NCBI GenBank assembly: GCA_030390025.1
Contig: JASTWF010000327.1
Coordinates: 62,001-126,000, forward strand
DNA length: 64,000 bases
Source of the DNA: Squalus acanthias
Taxonomy: Eukaryota
Direction of reading: 5' to 3'
Within the stretch, counting starts at the first letter, position 1. Each line of letters starts with the position of its first letter. The notes beneath the pieces were generated by a model that was not told the DNA's origin, did no database searches, and was given only the letters and a program-made list of their open reading frames with translations. The position numbers and the translations under genes are program-made. This document shows, piece after piece, positions 24,672-37,674 of this stretch.

Positions 24672-26016
24672 CAGCAGGGGTTGGATTCTGCTGTTATTGC
24701 TGCTGTTAATCACATCCAGGACTGAACCATGTTCATTCTGACAGTTGGGGTTTATTTCTGCTGAAGTTAATGACCCTATAACTGGGCTGGAGTTTAATAT
24801 TCTGGATATATGTCAAATAAATCAGCTTTGTGTTAAACACATTGTTGTAGATTTTCATCTTTCCCACCTGAGTGTTTAGCATCACCTGGCTGGAGCTCAG
24901 AAAGGACAATCTGGGGGAGGATCGTACGGCGGGAACAGAACTTCAGCCTGGACACAGTCCTTCAGGGCCACACTGAGAGGGGCAAACGGCACTTTGGTCT
25001 TTCTCGTCTCTCTTCACTGACAGCAAAGTCCCCGTGTGGGTTAATCTCGAGGCCTGTGAGAAATGTGTCCCAGCCACTCTCTTCCATGGTTCAGAGCTTC
25101 TAGGCACGGAACAGAAGGGTCCTTTACAACTGTGTTTAGAGTCAGGAAGAACAACGGTGAATGCTGGAAACGTGCTGTCAAATCAGAGATTGGTGTCAAA
25201 CTGCGATCTGTTCCTGACTGAAAGTGAAACAGGTTTAAGTTTCCAGTCTAAAAATGTCTGTGGTAATTATTCCACAAAGATTTAACGTGTTTGTCTGACA
25301 GTCCTGAGTCTACCATTTTAAGGCAGGTGTTAACCCATTTAAAATAAACCCGTTTAAAATAAATTGGTTGAAGTCTGCATTAAAATAGCAGACGGAGGAG
25401 TTCACAGGAGCCTGTTAACTGCTGGTACAATTATACAACAGACATTTGATCTCCAGATAAAGAAGGACCTGCAGCGTGTTTCCAGGAACTCCCTGTTTTA
25501 TTGATGTGTGTGTGTTAGACACCAGGATAACTAAAAACCCGGAACATCCACGGGGTGCAATCCCGACAGTTACTCTGGGATCACTCCCGCTGTGGAACTC
25601 CAGCACTGACCCTGCTGAAGGTTGTAGGCTCAGGGAGTGGAGCCTCCAGGAGTGGATGGTAAGAAAGCTGGGTTTTATTAGAAGATAAGATCTAATATGA
25701 AATAGAGTCATAAAAGTAAAGTCTTGCTTTGTTTTATATACATGTATGTTTAATATTAGTGGACTTTGTATTAAAGACCCGTGTCTAGTGAACTATTATC
25801 TTGTAATCACCTCAGACAGAACAGGCTCTAATTATCCCTTTTAAGCTGAAACAGACCTCGTGTGAACAGAACCAGCAGAGCTGAGAACTCTGCCTGTGTG
25901 GACTGAGCCGAACCGTGAAGGCCATTTGTTTCTTGAAATGCCCCAGTAAAAGCAAACTCTGACATTGTTCTGACTCGTAGCTCCAATGAACAGGAAGCGG
26001 TTACTCACTCAGGAGT

Positions 26017-26965
26017 AGATTGGTGTCAGTGACTGTGGGGTTGGTTTATATCAGACAGGAGGAGATTGGTGTCAGTGACTGTGGGGCTGGTTTATATCAG
26101 ACAGGAGGAGATTTGTGTCAGTGACTGTGGGGCTGGTTTATATCAGACAGGAGATTGCTGTCAGGGACTGTGACCCCACAATCACTGACACCAATCTCCT
26201 CCTGTCTGATATAAACCAACCCCAGTCACTGACACCAATCTCCTCCTGTCTGATGTAAACCAGCCCCACAGTCACTGTCACCAATCTCCTCCTGTCTGAT
26301 ATAAACCAGCCCCACAGTCACTGACACCAATCTCCTCCTGTCTGATATAAACCAACCCCAGAGTCACTGACACCAATCTCCTCCTGTCTGATATAAACCA
26401 ACCCCACAGTCACTGACACCAATCTCCTCCTGTCTGATATAAACCAGCCCCACAGACACTGACACCAATCTCCTCCTGTCTGATATAAACCAACCCCAGT
26501 CACTGACACCAATCTCCTCCTGTCTGATATAAACCAACCCCACAGTCACTGACACCAATCTCCTCCTGTCGGATATAAACCAACCCCACAGTCACTGACA
26601 CCAATCTCCTCCTGTCGGATATAAACCAACCCCACAGTCACTGACACCAATCTCCTCCTGTCTGATATAAACCAACCCCACAGACACTGACACCAATCTC
26701 CTCCTGTCTGATATAAACCAGCCCCACAGACACTGACACCAATCTCCTCCTGTCTGATATAAACCAACCCCACAGACACTGACACCAATCTCCTCCTGTC
26801 TGATATAAACCAGCCCCACAGTCACTGACACCAATCTCCTCCTGTCTGATATAAACCAGCCCCACAGACACTGACACCAATCTCCTCCTGTCTGATATAA
26901 ACCAACCCCAGTCACTGACACCAATCTCCTCCTGTCTGATATAAACCAGCCCCACAGTCACTGAC
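26017..26965. repeat. 46-bp minisatellite with an orientation switch near 26170
   Basis: About 3 plus-orientation units, then about 17 reverse-complement units. Confidence 0.95.
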
Positions 26966-27239
26966 CTGAGCCCACTGCCCATCCCCCGACCATGCCTGTT
27001 CTTTGTTCTCAGTGAGCACTGGCTCTTCACTTAAACTTAGCTCCCAAATTCCCAGACCTCTCTGCCGTCAAGACTGCATTTCTCCACTAGACTAGTGATC
27101 TAGTGACTAGCGGATCGCAAGTGGAGTTCGGAGCCAGGGATCGCGAGAATATCAGTGCTAATTTGATCCTGTGAGAGACAAAATCATTCATGTCCGAGGC
27201 CGGGACCCAGGAGCGAGGACAAGCCCAGCAGCGGGGTCA

Positions 27240-29830
27240 AGGCCCAGGAGTGGCACGGGCCAACAGTGGGGTCGGGGCCCAGGAGTGGCGCGGCATGGAC
27301 CAGCAGCGAGGTCAAGGCCCAGGAGTGGCGCAGTGTGGACCAGCAGCGAGGTCAAGGCCCAGGAGTGGCGCAGTGTGGACCAGCAGCGAGGTCAAGGCCC
27401 AGGAGTGGTGCGGCATGGGCCAACAGTGAGGTCAAGGCCCAGGAGTGGCGCAGTGTGGGCCAGCAGTGGGGTCGAGGCCCAGGAGTGGCGCAGTGTGGAC
27501 CAGCAGTGGGGTCGGGGCCCAGGAGTGGCGCAGTGTGGGCCAGCAGTGGGGTCGGGGCCCAGGAGTGGCGCAGTGTGGACCAGCAGTGGGGTCGGGGCCC
27601 AGGAGTGGCGCAGTGTGGACCAGCAGTGGGGTCGGGGCCCAGGAGTGGCGCAGTGTGGACCAGCAGTGGGGTCGGGGCCCAGGAGTGGCGCAGTGTGGAC
27701 CAGCAGTGGGGTCGGGGCCCAGGAGTGGCGCAGTGTGGGCCAGCAGTGGGGTCGGGGCCCAGGAGTGGCGCAGCGTGGGCCAACAGTGGGGTCAAGGCCC
27801 AGGAGTGGCGCAGTGTGGACCAGCAGTGGGGTCGGGGCCCAGGAGTGGCGCAGTGTGGACCAGCAGTGGGGTCGGGGCCCAGGAGTGGCGCAGTGTGGAC
27901 CAGCAGTGGGGTCGGGGCCCAGGAGTGGCGCAGTGTGGGCCAGCAGTGGGGTCGGGGCCCAGGAGTGGCGCAGTGTGGACCAGCAGTGGGGTCGGGGCCC
28001 AGGAGTGGTGCAGTGTGGACCAGCAGTGGGGTCGGGGCCCAGGAGTGGCGCAGTGTGGACCAGCAGTGGGGTCGGGGCCCAGGAGTGGCGCAGTGTGGAC
28101 CAGCAGTGGGGTCAGGGCCCAGGAGTGGCGCAGTGTGGACCAGCAGTGGGGTCGGGGCCCAGGAGTGGCGCAGTGTGGACCAGCAGTGGGGTCAAGGCCC
28201 AGGAGTGGCGCAGTGTGGACCAGCAGTGAGGTCAAGGCCCAGGAGTGGCGCAGTGTGGACCAGCAGTGGGGTCGGGGCCCAGGAGTGGCGCAGTGTGGGC
28301 CAGCAGTGGGGTCGGGGCCCAGGAGTGGCGCAGTGTGGGCCAGCAGTGGTGTCGGGGCCCAGGAGTGGCGCAGTGTGGGCCAGCAGTGGGGTCGGGGCCC
28401 AGGAGTGGCGCAGTGTGGACCAGCAGTGGGGTCGGGGCCCAGGAGTGGCGCAGTGTGGGCCAGCAGTGGGGTCGGGGCCCAGGAGTGGCGCAGTGTGGGC
28501 CAGCAGTGGGGTCGGGGCCCAGGAGTGGCGCAGTGTGGACCAGCAGTGGGGTCGGGGCCCAGGAGTGGCGCAGTGTGGACCAGCAGTGGGGTCGGGGCCC
28601 AGGAGTGGCGCAGTGTGGGCCAGCAGTGGGGTCGGGGCCCAGGAGTGGCGCAGTGTGGGCCAGCAGTGGGGTCGGGGCCCAGGAGTGGCGCAGTGTGGAC
28701 CAGCAGTGGGGTCGGGGCCCAGGAGTGGCGCAGTGTGGACCAGCAGTGGGGTCAAGGCCCAGGAGTGGCGCAGTGTGGACCAGCAGTGGGGTCGGGGCCC
28801 AGGAGTGGCGCAGTGTGGACCAGCAGTGGGGTCGGGGCCCAGGAGTGGCGCAGTGTGGACCAGCAGTGGGGTCGGGCCCAGGAGTGGCGCAGTGTGGGCC
28901 AGCAGTGGGGTCGGGGCCCAGGAGTGGCGCAGTGTGGACCAGCAGTGGGGTCGGGGCCCAGGAGTGGCGCAGTGTGGGCCAGCAGTGGGGTCGGGGCCCA
29001 GGAGTGGCGCAGTGTGGGCCAGCAGTGAGGTCAAGGCCCAGGAGTGGCGCAGTGTGGACCAGCAGTGGGGTCGGGGCCCAGGAGTGGCGCAGTGTGGACC
29101 AGCAGTGGGGTCGGGGCCCAGGAGTGGCGCAGTGTGGACCAGCAGTGGGGTCGGGGCCCAGGAGTGGCGCAGTGTGGACCAGCAGTGGGGTCGGGGCCCA
29201 GGAGTGGCGCAGTGTGGACCAGCAGTGGGGTCGGGGCCCAGGAGTGGCGCAGTGTGGACCAGCAGTGGGGTCGGGGCCCAGGAGTGGCGCAGTGTGGACC
29301 AGCAGTGGGGTCGGGGCCCAGGAGTGGCGCAGTGTGGACCAGCAGTGGGGTCGGGGCCCAGGAGTGGCGCAGTGTGGACCAGCAGTGGGGTCGGGGCCCA
29401 GGAGTGGCGCAGTGTGGACCAGCAGTGGGGTCGGGGCCCAGGAGTGGCGCAGTGTGGACCAGCAGTGGGGTCGGGGCCCAGGAGTGGCGCAGTGTGGGCC
29501 AGCAGTGGGGTCGGGGCCCAGGAGTGGCGCAGTGTGGACCAGCAGTGGGGTCGGGGCCCAGGAGTGGCGCAGTGTGGACCAGCAGTGGGGTCGGGGCCCA
29601 GGAGTGGCGCAGTGTGGACCAGCAGTGGGGTCGGGGCCCAGGAGTGGCGCAGTGTGGACCAGCAGTGGGGTCGGGGCCCAGGAGTGGCGCAGTGTGGACC
29701 AGCAGTGGGGTCGGGGCCCAGGAGTGGCGCAGTGTGGACCAGCAGTGGGGTCGGGGCCCAGGAGTGGCGCAGTGTGGACCAGCAGTGGGGTCGGGGCCCA
29801 GGGAAGGTGCGGCACGGGCCAACAGCGAGG
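27240..29830 (+). repeat. 40-bp GC-rich minisatellite (about 64 copies)
   Basis: Unit ggcccaggagtggcgcagtgtggaccagcagtggggtcgg. Confidence 0.97.
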
Positions 29831-30352
29831 TCGGGAGGACCACAATGCATCCTACGAAACCCAGGCAGAGAGGACCTGCGGGAAGGAGGGAGGAGGACAG
29901 TAGCATTGTTTGTGTGTGTGTGCTAGGCCGTTGTAGCAGAGCCTGGTCTCCAATCGTCTTGGCTCCCCTTGTCATTGGACCAAGACCTTGCTCTGTCAAG
30001 CCCGTGTGGTAGCTGCTGTGCAACGGCCACCCCACGTTAAAAGAATTCACGCACAGGCATCTTCCACCCTTTAAAATGAAGTTCGGGACCTGGAATGTCA
30101 GGACCCTCATGGACAACCCCAACAGTGACAGACCGGAACGCCGTACTGCTATCGTTGCCCGGGAGCTCAGACGTTTCTACATTGACATCGCTGCCCTAAG
30201 TGAGACCCGGCGGGCAGGGGAAGGCCAGCTCAAGGAGCAAGGCGGTGGCTACACCTTCTTCTGGAAAGGCAAACCTGAAGAAGAACGCCGCCTCCATGGG
30301 GTAGGTTTCGCCATAAAAAATGAACTAGTTGGGCATCTCAGAGACTCCCCTA
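29830..30352 (+). mobile_element. RTE-clade LINE 5' fragment (APE endonuclease N-terminus)
   Basis: MKFGTWNVRTL...ERRTAIVARELRR..IDIAALSETRRAGEGQL.E.GGGYTFFWKG...HGVGFAIK. Breaks off at about 30352. Confidence 0.85.
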
Positions 30353-30814
30353 GAGGGGCAACATTTGGGGACTCTCGATTCTCCACCAATTCCCATTCCC
30401 CTTCTTTCTGGTGGATAATGGAGGTGCCACGGTGTGTAATGTGCAAGTCAGTAAGAATTGTCAGCGAGGATTAATCAGCACTTTCTAATTGGAGATGTTA
30501 ATCAGCGGAACCTTTCAGACACTGAATTGTAGATTTTGTACCAAAGATCAATTTAAGTTGAAGTAAAAGCTATTTTATTGTAAGATAATTTCTGATGTGT
30601 GTCCCTGAATTAAGCGGAAAGATCAGACAGCGGTTCTTAAAGGGACGCTGCAGACCCGAGAACACAATCAGCTATATATCCAGAATATTAAACTCCAGCC
30701 CAGTTACAGGGGTTATTAACATCAGCAGAAACAAACTCCAACTGTCAGAATGAACATGGTTCAGTCCTGGATGTGATTAACAGCAGCAATAACAGCAGAA
30801 TCCAACCCTTGTAG

Positions 30815-31489
30815 TCACTTGTGAACTCGCTGGTGCCTCAGCAGGTTGGATGAGAGAGTGAAGCCCTTCCCACACACGGAGCAGGTGAACGGCCTCTCCC
30901 CAGTGTGAACTCGCTGATGTGTCAGCAGGTTGGATGACTGAGTGAATCCCTTCCCACACACAGAGCAGGTGAACGGCCTCTCCCCACAGTGAACTCGCTG
31001 GTGTGTCAGCAGGGTGGATGATTGATTGAATCCCTTCCCACACACGGAGCAGGTGAACGGCCTCTCCCCAGTGTGAACTTGCTGGTGTCTCAGAAGGTTG
31101 GATGACCGAGTGAATCCCTTCCCACACTCAGCACAGGTGAACGGTCTCTCCCCAGTGTGAACTCGCTGGTGTGTCAGCAGGGTGGATGATTGACTGAATC
31201 CCTTCCCACACACGGAGCAGGTGAACGGCCTCTCCGCAGTGTGAACTTGCTGGTGTCTCAGAAGGTCGGATGACCGAGTGAATCCCTTCCCACACTCAGC
31301 ACAGGTGAACGGTCTCTCCCCAGTGTGAACTCGCTGGTGTGTCAGAAGGTTGGATGATTGAATGAATTCCTTTCCACACACGGAGCAGATGAACGGCCTC
31401 TCCCCGGTGTGACAGCGTCGATGAATTTTCAGCTGGGAAGGGTAATTGAACCCCTTCCCACAGTCCTCACATTTCCACGGTTTCTCCGT
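30815..31489 (-). CDS. C2H2 ZNF cassette, 8 fingers, open frame beginning at ACG (ZNF-A')
   Basis: 675 nt stop-free from aacACGg at 31489, the same length as ZNF-A. Contains an internal two-finger duplication. Confidence 0.65.
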   Translation of the reverse strand, partial: TEKPWKCEDCGKGFNYPSQLKIHRRCHTGERPFICSVCGKEFIQSSNLLTHQRVHTGERPFTCAECGKGFTRSSDLLRHQQVHTAERPFTCSVCGKGFSQSSTLLTHQRVHTGERPFTCAECGKGFTRSSNLLRHQQVHTGERPFTCSVCGKGFNQSSTLLTHQRVHCGERPFTCSVCGKGFTQSSNLLTHQRVHTGERPFTCSVCGKGFTLSSNLLRHQRVHK

Positions 31490-32064
31490 GTTGCGGGTGT
31501 CCTTGTGTCTCTCCAGGTTGGACGATCAGTTGAAGCCTCGTCCACACACAGAACACGTGTACGGTTTCTCCCCACTGTGAACGGTGCGATGTTTTTTCAG
31601 ACTGTGTAACTGGTTAAAGCTCTTTCCACAGTCAGTGCACTGGAACACTCTCACTCGGGTGTGTGTGTCTCGGTGCTTTTCCAGTCACACTGATGTTTGA
31701 AATCGTTTCCCACAGACAGAAGAGACAAACATTTCCCCTTCTATATTCAAAGGCCGATGATATTCAGGTCCTGATGAATTGAGTGACTCTGAGATTTTAA
31801 CGTGATGTTTGGTTTGAATTTCCCGTCTGTAAATCCTCCTCTTCTCACACCCTGTAAAAGGAGTTTACAAAAGTCATCACTGTAATTACAGGATAGAAAT
31901 TCAGAACAGACAATTCTAGTTTCTATGCAACATTCTTTCCTCTCTTGTTCCCCCAAAGCTGTAAATCCCCGTCCCACACACTCTCCCTCCTCCCTGTGCT
32001 GAAATCATACCATCGCATATCGCCCAACAGTTTGTCCCCCACTCCCAGTTTTCTCCCTCGACGC

Positions 32065-33020
32065 TGATGGGTTCAGTTCTACACTCACTGGTTCCCCTCC
32101 CTCTCCTCCCCTGAAGGTGCTGACTCTGGCTGGGTTCTGTTCTACACACACTGGTTCCCCTCCCTCTCCTCCCCTGAAGGTGCTGACTCTGGCTGGGTTC
32201 AGTTCTACACTCACTGGTTCCTCTCCCTCTCCTCCCCTGAAGGTGCTGACTCTGGCTGGGTTCAGTTCTACACTCACTGGTTACCCTCCCTCTCCTCCCC
32301 TGAAGGTGCTGACTCTGGCTGGGTTCAGTTCTACACTCACTGGTTCCCCTCTCTCTCCTCCCCTGAATGTGCTGACTCTGGCTGGGTTCAGTTCTACACT
32401 CACTGGTTCCCCTCTCTCTCCTCCCCTGAAGGTGCTGACTCTGGCTGGGTTCAGTTCTACACTCACTGGTTCCCCTCTCTCTCCTCCCCTGAAGGTGCTG
32501 ACTCTGGCTGGGTTCAGTTCTACACTCACTGGTTCCCCTCCCTCTCTCCTCCCCTGAAGGTGCTGACTCTGGCTGGGTTCAGTTCTACACTCACTGGTTC
32601 CCCTGAAGGTGCTGACTCTGGCTGGGTGCAGTTCTACACTCACTGGTTCCCCTCCCTCTCTCCTCCTCTGAAGGTGCTGACTCTGGCTGGGTTCAGTTCT
32701 ACACTCACTGGTTCCTCTCTCTCTCCTCCCCTGAAGGTGCTGACTCTGGCTGGGTTCAGTTCCACACTCACTGGTTCCCCTCCCTCTCCTCCCCTGAAGG
32801 TGCTGACTCTGGCTGGGTTCAGTTCTAGACTCACTGGTTCCCCTCCCTCTCCTCCCCTGAAGGTACTGACTCTGGCTGGGTTCAGTTCTACACTCACTGG
32901 TTCCCCTCCCTCTCCTCCCCTGAAGGTGCTGACTCTGGCTGGGTTCAGTTCTACACTCACTGGTTCCCCTCTCTCTCCTCCTCTGAAGGTGCTGACTCTG
33001 GCTGGGTTCTGTTCTACACT
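32065..33020 (-). repeat. 62-64 bp intronic minisatellite (about 15 copies)
   Basis: Reverse complement of the 14806-15235 unit. Confidence 0.95.
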
Positions 33021-33024
33021 TGTA

Positions 33025-33600
33025 CAAAAGCAAAATACTGCGGCAGCTGGAAATCTGAAATAAAACAGAAAATGCTGGAAATACTCAGGACAGCATCTGT
33101 GGAGAGAGAAACAGAGTTAACGGTTCAGGTCAATGACGTTTCATCAGAACTGTAAAATGTTAGCAATGTAACAGGTTTTAAGATGGACCTCGTGTAGACG
33201 AGGGAAGGATGGAAATTGGAAGTAAAGTTGATGAAGTTTTCCAGTTCAGGGCGAGAGCAGGAACCGGCACCAATAGTTATCAATGTACCGGAAAAAGAGG
33301 TGAGGGAGGGGACCTGACTCGGACTGGAACAAAGAATGTTCCACATATCCCATGAAAAGGCAGGCATAGCTAGGACACATGCGGGTTCCCATAGCAATGC
33401 CTTTATTTGGAGGAAGCGAGTGGAGTCAAAGGAGAAGTTGTTCAATGTGGGACAAGTTCAGCCAGGTGTAGGAGGCTGGTGGTGGATGGGGACTGGTTGG
33501 GCCTCTGTTCAAGGAAGAAGCGGAGCGACCTCAGGCCGTCCAGGTAGTGGATGGAGGTGTAGAGGGATTGGATGTCCATGGTGAAAAGGAGGAGGAGTGA
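33025..33600 (-). mobile_element. Penelope-like fragments
   Basis: pLTR tail matching 22560-22690, plus an RT remnant (FTMDIQSLYTSI). Confidence 0.7.
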
Positions 33601-33608
33601 AAAGGGCC

Positions 33609-36600
33609 AGGAGTAGGCCATTCGGCCCTTCGAGCCTGCTCCGCCATTCAATGAGATCATGGCTGATCTTCTGCCTCAACTCCATTCACCGGCCCTATCG
33701 CCATATCCCTTGATGCCCTTACTAGTCAGACATATATCGACTTCTGTTTTGAATATACCCAATGACTGAGCCTCCATCGCCCTCTGGGGTAGAGAATTCC
33801 AAAGATTCACCACCCTCTGTGTGAAGAAATTTCTTCTCATCTCAGTCCTGAATGGCCTACCCTTTATCCTGAGGCTGTGGCCCCTGGTTCTAGACTCCCC
33901 AGCCAAGGGAAACATTCTCCCAGCATCCATCCTATCAAGCCCTGTAATAATTTTGTATGCTTCAATGAGATCCCCTCTCATTCTTCTGAATTCAAGAGAA
34001 TACAGGCCTAGTTTACTCAACCTCTTCTCATACGGCAGTCCCGCCATCCCAGGAATCAATCTCGTGAACCTTCGTTGCACTCCCTCTATGGCAAGTATAT
34101 CCTTCCTTAGGTAAGGAGACCAAAATTGTACATAGTACTCCAGGTGTGGTCTCACCAAGGCCCTATATAATTGGAGTAAGACTTCTTTACTCCTGTACTC
34201 AAATCCTCTTGTAATGAAGGCCAGCATACCATTTGCCTTCCTAATGGCTTGCTGCACCTGCACATTCACTTTCAGTGACTCATGTACAAGGACACCCAGG
34301 TCCCTTTGAGCATCTGCATTCCCCAATCTTTCACCATTTAGGAAATACTCTGCCTTTCTGTTTTTTCTACCAAAGTGGATAACTTCACATTTATCCACAT
34401 TATATGCCATTTGCCATGTTCTCGCCCACTCACTGAGCCTGTCGAGAACCCCTTGAAGCCTCTTCACATCCTCTTCGCAACTGACACTGCCACCTAGCTT
34501 TGTATCATCAGCAAATTTGGAAATGTTACATTTAGTCCCCTCATCCAAATCAATGATATAGATAGTGAATAGCTGGGGCCCAAGCACCGATCCTTGCGGT
34601 ACCCCACTAGTCACAGCCTGCCATCCCGAAAAAGACCCGTTTATCCCTACTCTTTGTTTTCTGTCTGTTAACCAATTCTCAATCCATGCTAGTATATTAC
34701 CCCCAATTCTATGTGCCCTAATTTTGTTCACCAACCTCTTGTGTGGGACCTTATCGAAGGCCTTCTGAAAATCCAGATACACCACATCTACCGGTTCCCC
34801 TTTGTCTACTCCACTAGTTACATCCTCAAAGAACTCCAATAGGTTTGTCAAATAGGATTTCCCTTTCATAAATCCATGTTGACGCTGCCCAATCTTACTA
34901 TTAGTTTCTAAGTGCCCAGTTATTGCATCCTTTATAATAGATTCCAGCATTTTCCCAACTACTGATGTGAGGCTAACAGATCTGTAGTTCCCCGTTTTCT
35001 CTCTCCCTCCTTTCTTAAATAGCGGGGTTACATTTGCTATCCTCCAATCTGCGGGAACCGTTCCAGAATCTATAGAATTTTGGAAGATGACAACCAATGC
35101 GTCCACTATTCCAATGGCCACCTCTTTCAAAACCCTAGGATGTAGGTCATCCGATCCTTGGGATTTATCGACTTTTAGTCCCATTAATTTTGCTAGTACT
35201 GTTTTTTACTAATAATAATTTCTTTAAGTTCCTCATTCTCGTCACACCCTTGGTTTCCTTGTATTTCTGGGAGGTTTTTTGTGTCTTCCTCCGTGAAGAC
35301 AGAAACAAAGTATTTATTTAATTTCTCTGCCATTTCCTCATTCCCCATTATAAATTCTCCCGTTTCTGACTGTAAAGGACCTACATTTACCTTCGCCAGT
35401 CTTTTCCTTTTCACATACCTATAGAAGCTTTTACAATCCGTTTTTATATTTTGCGCTAGTTTGTGCTCATATTCCATTTTCCCTTTCTTTATCAATTTCT
35501 TGGTCCCCCTTTGCTGATTTCTAAAAAGATCCCAATCCTCAGGCTGACCGCTTTTTCTGGCAACTTTATAAGCTTCCTCCTTTGACTTAATACTAGCTTT
35601 AAATTTCTTTTGTTAGCCATGGTTGGATCACTTTTCCTTTTGGGTTTTTATGGCCTAGAGGAATATATGTTTGTTGCAAATTATGCATTATTTCCTTGAA
35701 TGTTAGCCATTGTATGTCCACCTTCATACCTTTTAGTGTAGTCTCCCAATCTACCATGGCCAACTTGTCCCTCATACCCTTGTAGTTTCCTCTGTTTAGA
35801 TTGAAGACCTTAGTTGCAGATTGGACTACATCACTCTCAAACTTAAATGTACAGTTTAATCATATTATGGTCACTTGTCCCTAAAGGCCCCTTTACCACA
35901 AGATTATTGATTAGCCCTTTCTCATTACACAGTACCAGATCCAGAATAGCCTGTTCCCTGGTTGGTTCCTCCACATACTGATCCAGGAAACCATCTCGCA
36001 TGCATTCCAAGAATTCGTCCTCCACACCATTAGTGGTAATTTGATTTGCCCAGTCAATATGTAGATTAAAGTCCCCCATGATAACCGTATTGCCCTTGTT
36101 ACATGCACTTCTAATCTCTTGATTGATACGGTGCCCTACATCACCACTACTGTTTGGTGGCCTATACACAACTCCCACCAATGTTTTCCGCCCTTTGCTG
36201 TTTCTTAGCTCCACCCAAACTGATTCCAGTTCTACATCACGATCTGCCAAGCCAAGATCTTTTATCTCTACTGAAAGGGTTAATTTGAACTCATGTTAAA
36301 TTAAAACTCTCTTAGCTGTAAAAAGGGAATGGAAGTTATGTACGAAATAGAATAAGAAGCAACCAGGTGGATGATAAGGAGTGGCTGCCTAGCTCCAGTC
36401 AAGGACAGCATACAATGGGCAACTGTGGAGAAATACAATGGACAAGTATGGGAATGAGATGAGACCCAGCACCCAGGCAAGGCACAGAATGTGGTTCCCA
36501 ACAAACATTGCTTGCAGCATATATATGTGATTGGATAATTGTTTTTAGTTTGTAGCTGACAAAGATAAGAAATATAAAGAATTAACCGGTTTAGTCTGAA

Positions 36601-37589
36601 TTGACATAATTGTAATCATGTGATATTTTGTAACAATGTGATTGGATAATTCTTAAATAAAAGGTTGTAACTGACAGCGGGAGGTTGAGAAGCCGTGGTC
36701 ACTAGGCCGGGTAAGGTCTATGACTCTTCTCACAGAGATCTCTGAACATTAATAAACTGTTTGCTTTTACCTATCAACACAGACTGGAGTGAAATTAATT
36801 TCTCCCTAACATCTACCGTACCGATCTCATCCCTTATTAACAGCGCTACGCCACCTCCTTTTCCTTTTTGTCTGTCCTTCCTAAATGTTGAGTACCCTGG
36901 AACATTCAGTTCCCAGCTTTGGTTACCCTGCAACCATGTCTCTGTAATGGCAATTACATCATACCCATTTACTTCTATTAGTGCCATTAATTCATCCACC
37001 TTGTTGCGAATGCTAAGTGCATTTAGATAAAGTGCCTTCAACTTTGCCTGTTTAATATTTTTCTGCACTTTGACCCTCTTTACTGTTGGCCTTTGTTTCT
37101 GCTCCCTACTAGTTTTGCTGACTACTTTTCTAACTTGCACTTCCAGCTTTGTTTCTCTCCATTCTGGGCCCACACTTTGGTTCCCAGCCCCCTGACAAAC
37201 TAGCTTAAATCCTTCCCAACAGCACTAGCAAACCCCCCTGCGAGGGTGTTGGTCCCGTTTCTGCCGAGGTGTAACCCGTCCAGCTTGTACAGGTCCCACC
37301 TTCCCCAGAGTGGTCCCAATGCCTCAGGAATTTAAATCCCTCCCTCCTACACCATCTCTCCAGCCACGCATTCAGCTGGTCTATTCTCCTATTTCTGCTC
37401 TCGCTAGCACGTGGCACTGGGAGTAATCCTGAGATTACTACCTTTGAGGTCCTGCTTTTTAATTTATTTCCTAGCTCCCTATATTCTGCTTGCAGGACCT
37501 TGTCCCTCTTTCTACCTATGTCGTTGATACCGATATGGACCACGACCTCTGGCTGTTCACCCTCCCCCTTCAGAATGTCCTGCAGCTGC
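33609..37589 (-). mobile_element. Near full-length CR1 LINE (ORF1 esterase end, APE, RT)
   Basis: HIGINDIG (SGNH esterase ORF1), YLNA.SI.NK, ITETWL, GDFN, SDHN and a 502-aa RT ORF. TSD ggaggagtgaaaagggcc near 33591 and 37591. Confidence 0.92.
36272..36811 (+). mobile_element. Solo LTR (540 bp) with 5-bp TSD, inserted in the CR1 endonuclease
   Basis: TGAAAGGGTTAA...AATAAA...CCCTAACA, flanked by tctac at 36267-36271 and 36812-36816. Confidence 0.88.
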
Positions 37590-37674
37590 AGGAGGAGTGA
37601 AAAGGGCCCAGAAACTGGTAACTGTTAAAGTGGCAGAGGGCACTTACACCCTGGTCCACTTTTGAATCATCTCC

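Noticed and set aside
27171..30122. Long ORFs (up to 886 aa) in several frames
   Set aside because: Artefact of a stop-free 40-bp tandem unit, open on both strands.
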